In this document: positions 1 to 6,385 of the stretch, piece after piece | How positions within the stretch are numbered: position 1 is the first letter of the stretch | Layout: each line of letters begins with the position of its first letter | Assembly: GCA_038153405.1 (NCBI GenBank) | Contig: JAYOYH010000083.1 | Span: forward strand, 1-15,211 | Direction: 5' to 3' | Source of the DNA: Gemmatimonadota bacterium | Lineage (GTDB): Bacteria > Latescibacterota > UBA2968 > UBA8231 | Length of the DNA: 15,211 bases | Made by a program: the position numbers and the translations under genes | Notes under the pieces: model-generated | Database searches by the model: none | The model's input: the letters and a program-made list of their open reading frames with translations, nothing else | What the model was told of the DNA's origin: nothing

Positions 1-1
1 T

Positions 2-88
2 GCCGAAGTGGCGAAATTGGTAGACGCGCTAGGTTCAGGACCTAGTGGGCATTAGCTCGTGGAGGTTCGAGTCCTCTCTTCGGCACCA
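2..88 (+). tRNA. tRNA-Leu (anticodon CAG)
   Basis: Acceptor stem GCCGAAG/CTTCGGC plus ACCA, D-loop TGGTAG, anticodon arm CTAGG-TTCAGGA-CCTAG, long variable arm, T-loop GGTTCGAGTCC. CCA is encoded. Confidence 0.97.
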
Positions 89-209
89 TCCTTTCCCGCA
101 CACCGTTTTAATCTATTTCATTCCCCATTCAGCGCAAGCCAAGGCACTGGTCTCCATTGCCTTACCCACCTAGTGCTCCGACCCCTGTTCGACCAGCTCG
201 CCCCGCGCA

Positions 210-238
210 TTGCGCCGGTTCAGCCATTCCTTTAGCTT
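210..238 (+). promoter_or_regulatory. Possible sigma70 promoter of the VOC gene
   Basis: TTGCGC(210-215)-N17-TAGCTT(233-238), about 35 nt upstream of the ATG at 273. Partial consensus only. Confidence 0.35.
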
Positions 239-272
239 TCCGCCCTATCCACACTTTTCGAGGAGACATAAT

Positions 273-653
273 ATGGCCCGTCTGTTGCATACGCGCATTC
301 GCGTGAGCGATTTCCAAGGCAGTATAGACTGGTATTGCCAGCATCTGGGGTTCCAGGTAATGAGTCGGACCGACCAGTCGCCGGCCGGCAACCACGTCGC
401 CCACCTAGAACTGCCCGGCAATGCACACACCATTGAACTGACTTGGTCGCCCGACTACGAGGTAAACGTACCCGAAGACCTCATGCACCTGGCCATCTCC
501 GTTCCCGATTTGATCGCCTGCTGCGACACCTTAGAAAACAGCGGCATCGAAATTTGGCCAGATAACTGGCGAGAAACCTTTCCTACGGGGCGCAAAATGG
601 CCTTTATCGACGATCCCGACGGCTATGAAATTGAACTTTTAGAAGATAAATAG
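273..653 (+). CDS. VOC family protein, lactoylglutathione lyase (glyoxalase I)-like
   Basis: SD AGGAGA at 261-266 before ATG 273. Motifs LLHTRIRVSD..SIDWY..LGF, IELTW, HLAISV and FIDDPDGYEIELLE give the H/E/H/E metal-ligand pattern of short GloA-type enzymes. Confidence 0.88.
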   Translation: MARLLHTRIRVSDFQGSIDWYCQHLGFQVMSRTDQSPAGNHVAHLELPGNAHTIELTWSPDYEVNVPEDLMHLAISVPDLIACCDTLENSGIEIWPDNWRETFPTGRKMAFIDDPDGYEIELLEDK

Positions 654-684
654 TGAACCGACCCCCTCCCGGTGATAAAAACTC

Positions 685-712
685 TAAAGTTTAACGGGCA
701 GGATGCCGATCA
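685..712 (+). promoter_or_regulatory. sigma28 (FliA/SigD/WhiG)-type promoter
   Basis: TAAAGTTT(685-692)-N12-GCCGATCA(705-712) versus consensus TAAAGTTT-N11-GCCGATAA. It is intergenic, about 50 nt upstream of the MerR-like ATG. Confidence 0.6.
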
Positions 713-764
713 ACTCAATACCACTTAGTATTACGCGGCCATGCAAAGACAAGGAGGTCTACTT

Positions 765-1019
765 ATGGCAGCTCGAAAAGCTAAACTAATCGGCATTGAA
801 GAAGCGGCTCATCTGTTTGGCAAATCCGTACATCAAATGCGTCAGTACAAATCGAAGGGCCTTTTAAAAGTCGCCGATTGCAGCGGCAACAAAGACCTTT
901 TCAATATGGCTGAAGTCATTCTTCTAAAACACCTGATCCACGAATTGAGAGTTACCGAAGGGCTATCCTTGGCGCAGATCTCGCGCCGCCTAGACCAGAT
1001 GATGGGACGGGCAGCCTAG
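765..1019 (+). CDS. Small stand-alone MerR-type helix-turn-helix DNA-binding protein (84 aa)
   Basis: Strong SD AAGGAGGT at 751-758 before ATG 765. IGIEEAAHLFGKSVHQMRQYKSKGLL...GNKDLF...GLSLAQI matches the MerR wHTH pattern (I.E.A...G.S...LRYYE..GLL....G.R.Y...G.SL.EI). No effector domain. Confidence 0.8.
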   Translation: MAARKAKLIGIEEAAHLFGKSVHQMRQYKSKGLLKVADCSGNKDLFNMAEVILLKHLIHELRVTEGLSLAQISRRLDQMMGRAA

Positions 1020-1084
1020 CTCAACTTCAGCACCACCTGCGGACTAGCAGATCAGTTTCTCCGGGAAAACAGGGACGTTTTCCA

Positions 1085-1107
1085 GCCCCGGGCCTTGCGC
1101 CCGGGGC
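1085..1107. terminator. GC-rich hairpin between convergent genes, possible terminator
   Basis: Perfect 9-bp stem GCCCCGGGC / GCCCGGGGC with a 5-nt loop, between stops at 1019 (+) and 1138 (-). No clear U-tract on either strand. Confidence 0.5.
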
Positions 1108-1137
1108 GTTCGGAGCAGCTCATGTGCTGGTCCGTTT

Positions 1138-2145
1138 CTATTTGCGGCGATCGCAGGCATCGTTAATTACCCCCATCAACTCGGCAAATAGCGCGCTGGC
1201 CCAGGCGGGTAAATCGCGCACGCGGTCGGGATGCAGCGCATTGGCAAAACGCCGCCGCACCTTACCCGCCTCTTCTGCATCAGCATCCATTCCAGATAGA
1301 CCGAGCAGTTCGACATCGCTCAGCTGTCGCAGGTTGGCCAAATCCCAGCGACCTCTGCCTGGGTCGCGCAGTTCAGCCAGAGCTAGCCGACCGGCCATCT
1401 CTTTTAACCGCCCATCCATCCTGGCGTATTCGCGCCGCAGCGTTTCGAGTTCCTTTTGCGCTTCGTTGGAAAGGCGCTGACTGGCAATGCGCGTCCGACG
1501 CTCGCTGCGCAGCTTTTCCCCGTTATCGCGCTCGTCCGCTAGCTGGCGGCGCAGTCGCTGCATTTCTTCGTCCAATTTGCGAATGCGCGCATGCGCCCTA
1601 TCCGCTCTATCTTCGGCAAATTCCACATCTCCTTCCATGGCCTTGAGCGCTTCGGCACTGCGCTGCATTTCTTCGCGCAGAATTTCAATCTCGCCGGCAG
1701 CATGCCCGCTGTGGTCGCCCGCGGGCGACAGGGCGCTGCGCAACTCGGCGCAAAAATCACTCAATACGCTCCCCTCTCCCCAACTCGCAACATACCCCTC
1801 TTCGGCTCCGCGCAAAGCGCGCACCTCATCGATCCAAGAGCGATGCTTGCCGTATTGCTGGGTAAATAAGTGCCAGTAGGCGGCGCGCTGATGCCAATCC
1901 AGACGCTCGTCTAACAGGTGCAGATAGAGGGTTAGGCGATCAACGGGAAGGACAACGAAGAGGTGGGCAGGAGAGGTCTGCGCCAAGCGATCCCACGCCG
2001 AGAGCAGGCTTTCGCAGGCGGCCAGTTCAAAGGCAAGGGCCCGTTCGTCGAGTTCGTAGACGCCCTCGTCGAGCACAATACGCACCAGCCAGTGACAGAA
2101 ATCTCCCGAAACTTCTCGCCGCTTGACCTTCTTCCCGTAGTCCAA
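1138..2145 (-). CDS. Coiled-coil protein with C-terminal J-domain (class C DnaJ-like co-chaperone); true start may lie upstream at 2220
   Basis: C-terminus LLGLSGMDADAEEAGKVRRRFANALHPDRV...LFAELMGVINDACD follows the J-domain pattern with an intact HPD (1225-1233). It is preceded by about 110 aa of E/R/L/A-rich heptad sequence. The N-terminal domain is not recognised. Confidence 0.75.
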   Translation of the reverse strand: MDYGKKVKRREVSGDFCHWLVRIVLDEGVYELDERALAFELAACESLLSAWDRLAQTSPAHLFVVLPVDRLTLYLHLLDERLDWHQRAAYWHLFTQQYGKHRSWIDEVRALRGAEEGYVASWGEGSVLSDFCAELRSALSPAGDHSGHAAGEIEILREEMQRSAEALKAMEGDVEFAEDRADRAHARIRKLDEEMQRLRRQLADERDNGEKLRSERRTRIASQRLSNEAQKELETLRREYARMDGRLKEMAGRLALAELRDPGRGRWDLANLRQLSDVELLGLSGMDADAEEAGKVRRRFANALHPDRVRDLPAWASALFAELMGVINDACDRRK

Positions 2146-2223
2146 ATAGCGGCGCAGCTGCCGGGGTGAATGCGCTTCGAACTGGGCTTGGAACGCACTG
2201 AGTTGGCTCCTATCGATAATCGC

Positions 2224-3687
2224 TTACCCCCTCTTTTTACCGCGTTCGTCTTGCTCGAGGTAGCGCACAAAGTCACGCGCAGTGCGCCCCCCTATCAAAT
2301 CGTGGTTGTGGCGCATGCTCCACTGGATAAAGACCCTGATTACCTCCTCATCGGGCCACTCAATTCCCGCTCGGCGCGCATAGGAAAGCACAATCGACTC
2401 ATACTGGTCTTTGCGCGGCAAATCGACAAAGACCTTAAGGGCGAAGCGATCATCGAGGGCGCGCAGTTCGTCGACGCGCTGGTGCTGCTGCGGGTCATAC
2501 CAATCGGGGCGCACACCGCGGCTAGTAGAGGCCCCGCCCTCGCCTCCCATTTGCATTAGGCCAAGCCCCTGCACCCGCTCGCCTTGGCGATCCACCAGAT
2601 CTTTGAAGTTGGAGGTGGCATAAAACACAATATTATCGGGCATGGACTCGAGCCCGCCCTCCAAGACGCGCGAGAGATGGTGCAGGGCGCTATCGCCCCT
2701 CTCCAGGGATATGTTGTCTAAGAAGCCGATAAAGCGCTCACGGCGACCGCGCACGCCATCGCAAATCGCGCGCAGAACACCGTAGTCTTCTGGGGCAATT
2801 TCAATGCCGCGTAGCCCTTCGCGCCAGTGGCGCTCGATCAGCCCCCGCACGAGCGAGGACTTCCCTCCTCCCCGCGGCCCCCAAATCAGCGCGTTGTGCG
2901 CCTTATTCCCGGCGAGAAAATGGCGCGTGTTGCGATGCAGTACCTCGATGCGCTCTTTGTTGCCCTCGAGCCAGTCTAGTTCAAACGCATCGAATGCGCG
3001 CACTGGGCGCAGAGCCGCTGGGGGTCCGTGGTCAACGTAAAATGCCTTGGCGCCTCTATAGGGCGGCAAGGCGTGCTCATATACAAAATCGGCGATGGCA
3101 TCACAGTGTGCAGACCAATCGGAGGCGCAGCGCAACCTCTGCAGCAGCGCGCAACCGCCCCCGTCGCCCCCTTCCTGTCGTTGGGTTTCCTCGTCGGGGG
3201 CAGCCATCTCCGCCAGACGGGGACAGCACCGGCGGGCCAGCGCCAACCACGGCACCTCGGCCAAGGCCTGCACAGCCCGTATATCTCTACAAAATACGCG
3301 CCGCAGCAGCGGCGAGACGTCTTGTGGGAGTTGGCGTTCGCAGCAGACTAAATAGGGATGGGGCGCACTGACAACGCGCGTTAAAAGCGCCTCGGCGATG
3401 GCATCGCCCACCGAGATCGACCCCGGTGACTCGGGCTTATCTGCGGCCCAGTCCTCTAAGCGCCAATAGGCCTGCTCGAGGTCCAGGCAGACGCTCTCCG
3501 CGCAGCAGGCAGAGGCGCTATGAGCACCCAGCGCGTCAATCAGGTCGGCAAAGAAGAGGCGCTCATCGTCGGCGATAAATTGGTTGCAGCGGGACAACCG
3601 ATTTAACGCACTCCGCAGTCGGCGTATAACGCTCTCGGATACCGCTTCTGCCGGACCGTTTTCCTGGGGGCGTTCCATAGTGTCCAT
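2224..3687 (-). CDS. DUF815-family AAA+ ATP-binding protein, divergent, with long N-terminal extension
   Basis: NALIWGPRGGGKSSLVR (Walker A), FIGFLDNISL (Walker B position), VLEGGLE..PDNIVFYATSN, LDDRFAL and GRTARDF mirror DUF815 blocks in order. Confidence 0.85.
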   Translation of the reverse strand: MDTMERPQENGPAEAVSESVIRRLRSALNRLSRCNQFIADDERLFFADLIDALGAHSASACCAESVCLDLEQAYWRLEDWAADKPESPGSISVGDAIAEALLTRVVSAPHPYLVCCERQLPQDVSPLLRRVFCRDIRAVQALAEVPWLALARRCCPRLAEMAAPDEETQRQEGGDGGGCALLQRLRCASDWSAHCDAIADFVYEHALPPYRGAKAFYVDHGPPAALRPVRAFDAFELDWLEGNKERIEVLHRNTRHFLAGNKAHNALIWGPRGGGKSSLVRGLIERHWREGLRGIEIAPEDYGVLRAICDGVRGRRERFIGFLDNISLERGDSALHHLSRVLEGGLESMPDNIVFYATSNFKDLVDRQGERVQGLGLMQMGGEGGASTSRGVRPDWYDPQQHQRVDELRALDDRFALKVFVDLPRKDQYESIVLSYARRAGIEWPDEEVIRVFIQWSMRHNHDLIGGRTARDFVRYLEQDERGKKRG

Positions 3688-3874
3688 ATCGCTATTTCAA
3701 GAGGATTTGGCCGTCCTGCCGCTCTCGACGACCTGACCTACATCGGTCTCAATTACCACGCCTTTTCAGGCAATAAAAGGGGGGATGCCGACAAAAGTCA
3801 AGCCGCATAGAAACGCCATTTTCCAGTGCATCATATATCGCCAAGCTCGGCTGGGCTATAGCCCGGGTCTGAGC

Positions 3875-3903
3875 TTGTCAACGGTCCGGGTTTTTCCTAT
3901 CCT
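3875..3903 (+). promoter_or_regulatory. sigma70-type promoter of the symporter gene
   Basis: TTGTCA(3875-3880)-N17-TATCCT(3898-3903), 38 nt upstream of ATG 3942. Confidence 0.6.
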
Positions 3904-3941
3904 CCAACAGGCCCTCTCGTCCCAACGACAAAGGATGGATT

Positions 3942-5180
3942 ATGTCAATTCCCATAGCACTGCACTGGCAGATTCTCGTCGCGCTGATAGCCGGTGCCAT
4001 GAGCGGTTTTCTCTTCGGCGAATACGTCCATCACTTTGCATTTTTGGGCCAACTCTTTCTCAAGGCCTTAAAGATGATTATCGTCCCGCTAATTGCCACT
4101 TCCATCATCACCGGCATAGCCGGTGTGGGCAATGCGGGACATATCGGTCGATTGGGATCGCGCACATTCGCCTACTATATCTGTTCCAGTTTGCTAGCCA
4201 TTCTCGTTGGCCTCATCCTTGTCAACGTCATCCGCCCCGGGGTAGGCGCAGATCTCGGCCTACAAAAAAATCCCGAGAAACTGCAGGAGTCGATCGCCCA
4301 ATTCGGCGACTCGCCCGGCCAAGCGCTGCAGCGCCTGCTGCTGGATATGTTGCCGACCAACCCCTTTGCGGCCATGGCCGAAGGCGAAATCCTGCAGCTC
4401 ATCGTCTTTTCCCTACTCTTTGGATTTTTTGCCACCCGCATAACGCCCCGCTACAGCGAGCACATTATCACCTTCTTCAGCGCTGCGTTCGAAACGATGA
4501 TGAAGTTGACCAATTTTATCATCGGCTTTGCTCCCATCGGCATTTTTGCCCTAGTGGCCAATACGGTGGCCACGACTGGATTTGGCGCGTTCGTCGACTT
4601 GGGACTGTACGCGCTTACTGTCGTACTGGGGTTGGCTTTTCACGCGGTAGTGACCTTGCCGATTTTGCTGCTCGTATTCGCGCGGGTGCGTCCTCGCGCC
4701 TATGCCCAAGCCATGGCTCCGGCGCTGCTTACGGCTTTTTCCACCAGTTCCTCCTCGGCAACCCTGCCACTGACCATGGAATCGCTGGAGAAAAGAGCGG
4801 GGGTTTCCAACAAAGTGTCGAGTTTTGTCGTGCCTCTTGGAGCCACCATCAACATGGACGGAACAGCGCTTTACGAGTGCGTTGCGGCTATGTTTATCGC
4901 CCAGGCCTATGGCGTAGACCTCGGCGTAGGCCAACAATTTCTCGTCGTCATCACCGCCTTGCTGGCTTCTATTGGTGCCGCTGGCATACCCATGGCCGGC
5001 CTCGTCATGATTTCGGTGATACTCACGGCCGTCGGCCTGCCCCTAGAGGGATTGGGACTTATTCTCGCAGTTGATCGAATCTTGGATATGTGCCGAACGA
5101 CGGTCAATGTATGGAGCGATTCTACGGGGGCAGCAGTGGTTGCAAACGGCGAGGGAGAGCGGTTAAACGCTTCTATTTAG
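3942..5180 (+). CDS. Dicarboxylate/amino acid:cation symporter (DAACS/SLC1, GltPh/GltT-like glutamate/aspartate transporter)
   Basis: FLKALKMIIVPLI, HP1 AFSTSSSSATLP, TM7 GATINMDGTALYE, HP2 SIGAAGIP, TM8 AVDRILDMCRTTVNVWSD. Hydrophobic throughout; SD-like AAGGATGG. Confidence 0.95.
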   Translation: MSIPIALHWQILVALIAGAMSGFLFGEYVHHFAFLGQLFLKALKMIIVPLIATSIITGIAGVGNAGHIGRLGSRTFAYYICSSLLAILVGLILVNVIRPGVGADLGLQKNPEKLQESIAQFGDSPGQALQRLLLDMLPTNPFAAMAEGEILQLIVFSLLFGFFATRITPRYSEHIITFFSAAFETMMKLTNFIIGFAPIGIFALVANTVATTGFGAFVDLGLYALTVVLGLAFHAVVTLPILLLVFARVRPRAYAQAMAPALLTAFSTSSSSATLPLTMESLEKRAGVSNKVSSFVVPLGATINMDGTALYECVAAMFIAQAYGVDLGVGQQFLVVITALLASIGAAGIPMAGLVMISVILTAVGLPLEGLGLILAVDRILDMCRTTVNVWSDSTGAAVVANGEGERLNASI

Positions 5181-5208
5181 AGCGTTTATATCATTGGGAC
5201 ACTGGTGT

Positions 5209-5937
5209 TTATTTGCCCGTGCTAATTCGTTCTGGCAAGCTCGTATAATCGTCTACTCTGGCCCGCCCGATTTGCTCTTCGGACAGCCCCATCGCCCCGA
5301 TTAAGTTTGCACCACACAGGTTGGCTCCGCGCAAATCCGCCCCGGCGATGCGCACATCGAGTAATTGGCAAGAGTGTAGGTGGGCCTCGATGAGGATGGC
5401 CCCCTGCAGATCCGCCTCGTTCAACACCCCTTCCGGCCACTGCACCTCGCGCAGATTAGCCATGAATAGATTGGCTCGCTGGGCCATTACACCGGGAAGT
5501 TTCGACCGGCGTAAGTCGGCTTCGCGCAAATCGGCTTCGCGCAGATCCGCCATCTCCAGCAGTGCTTTCTGCAAGTTGGCTTCCTGCATTCCTGCTCCGA
5601 TAAGACTTACGCCGCGCAGATCCGCCTCGCGCAAAGAGGCCCTATACATCTTGGCATACTGCAAGCTCGCCCCGCGTAGGTCGGCTTTGGACAAATTAAT
5701 GAGCTGCATTTCAGCCCTCTGCAAATTGGCATTTCGCAGATTGGCTGCGCGCAAATCGCAGCCCTGCAGAGCCGCTTCGGGCAGTTGGGCATTGGATAGA
5801 TCAGCTCTCATCCCCTCCTGACCACGCGATTCGATCCATACGAGATGCTGTGCCAAAACAGCCTCAAGCTCAGATCGATTCAGCGCAGCCACAGGGGCTG
5901 GCGCGTGCTCTTTTGCGTTTTTGGGAAAGGAATCCAA
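5209..5937 (-). CDS. Pentapeptide repeat-containing protein
   Basis: Tandem A(D/N)LXX repeats (ADLSN, ANLRN, ANLQR, ADLRG, ADLRE...), N-cap LAQHLVWIES.G..G.RADL and C-cap GLSEEQI..A..D..T.LP. The TTG start is uncertain. Confidence 0.92.
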   Translation of the reverse strand: MDSFPKNAKEHAPAPVAALNRSELEAVLAQHLVWIESRGQEGMRADLSNAQLPEAALQGCDLRAANLRNANLQRAEMQLINLSKADLRGASLQYAKMYRASLREADLRGVSLIGAGMQEANLQKALLEMADLREADLREADLRRSKLPGVMAQRANLFMANLREVQWPEGVLNEADLQGAILIEAHLHSCQLLDVRIAGADLRGANLCGANLIGAMGLSEEQIGRARVDDYTSLPERISTGK

Positions 5938-5969
5938 TGCGGTTGACCACTCTATTCGGGCAAAAAAAA

Positions 5970-6043
5970 TACCCCCGGCGCGATTCGAACGCGCGACCTC
6001 CAGATTAGGAATCTGTTGCTCTATCCGACTGAGCTACGGGGGC
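5970..6043 (-). tRNA. tRNA-Arg (anticodon CCT)
   Basis: Reverse complement GCCCCCGTAGCTCAGTCGGATAGAGCAACAGATTCCTAATCTGGAGGTCGCGCGTTCGAATCGCGCCGGGGGTA folds as a cloverleaf with loop TT-CCT-AA. CCA is not encoded. Confidence 0.95.
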
Positions 6044-6046
6044 TTT

Positions 6047-6247
6047 TCAGTCTATCTTAACGACGTGGATGGCCATTGGGCCTTTCGGCCCCTCGCCCAT
6101 TTCAAACTCAACCTTATCGCCCACTTCCAGCCCTTCATCATCGTCGAGAGCGCTGTAGTGAACGAATACATCTTCGCCCTCTTCGACCTGTAAAAAGCCG
6201 TATCCCAACCGGTCATTATACCACTTTACGGAGCCGTTGATTGCCAT
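6047..6247 (-). CDS. Cold-shock domain protein (CspA family, 66 aa)
   Basis: GSVKWYN..LGYGFL (RNP1), DVFVHYS (RNP2), L..GDKVEFE...GPKGP.A..V. ATG at 6247 is preceded by GGTGAG. Confidence 0.95.
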   Translation of the reverse strand: MAINGSVKWYNDRLGYGFLQVEEGEDVFVHYSALDDDEGLEVGDKVEFEMGEGPKGPMAIHVVKID

Positions 6248-6280
6248 TGTTGCGCTCACCAGATGAGGGTAGATGAGCGA

Positions 6281-6309
6281 ATAATAGGCCGAGTCCTACC
6301 CTACGTCAA
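6281..6309 (-). promoter_or_regulatory. sigma70 promoter of the csp-tRNA unit
   Basis: Minus strand TTGACG(6309-6304)-N17-TATTAT(6286-6281), 5/6 match in both boxes. Confidence 0.75.
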
Positions 6310-6385
6310 GCGAGCCCGCCCGTCTCGATCCACCTCTCTGTGTTAGCTCTACATCACTTTTTGCTTTCCTTTTCCTTAAAAGCTG

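Noticed and set aside
717..732. AATAC-N6-GTATT inverted repeat upstream of the MerR-like gene
   Set aside because: Only 5-bp arms, expected by chance; cannot be supported as an operator.
1124..3371. Several + strand ORFs antisense to the J-domain and ATPase genes
   Set aside because: Ser/Arg-rich shadow frames typical of GC-rich DNA; the minus-strand frames carry the recognisable motifs.
3773..3801. Minus-strand TTGACT as promoter for the ATPase unit
   Set aside because: The -10 at 17-18 nt spacing (TTTTAT/TTTATT) lacks the conserved A at position 2; too weak to call.
3785..5074. 429-aa ORF overlapping the symporter in another + frame
   Set aside because: Arg/His/Cys-rich, low-information translation with no motif; explained by the codon bias of a hydrophobic GC-rich gene. 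Its start also lies upstream of the predicted promoter.
5320..5800. Recurrent 15-nt-period repeats (e.g. gcgcagatccgcc, gcgcaaatcggc)
   Set aside because: These are the coding pattern of pentapeptide repeats, not CRISPR or a non-coding tandem array.
89..5969. Possible genomic island between tRNA-Leu and tRNA-Arg
   Set aside because: No integrase or transposase, no duplicated tRNA 3' end (att) found by eye, and no obvious compositional shift.
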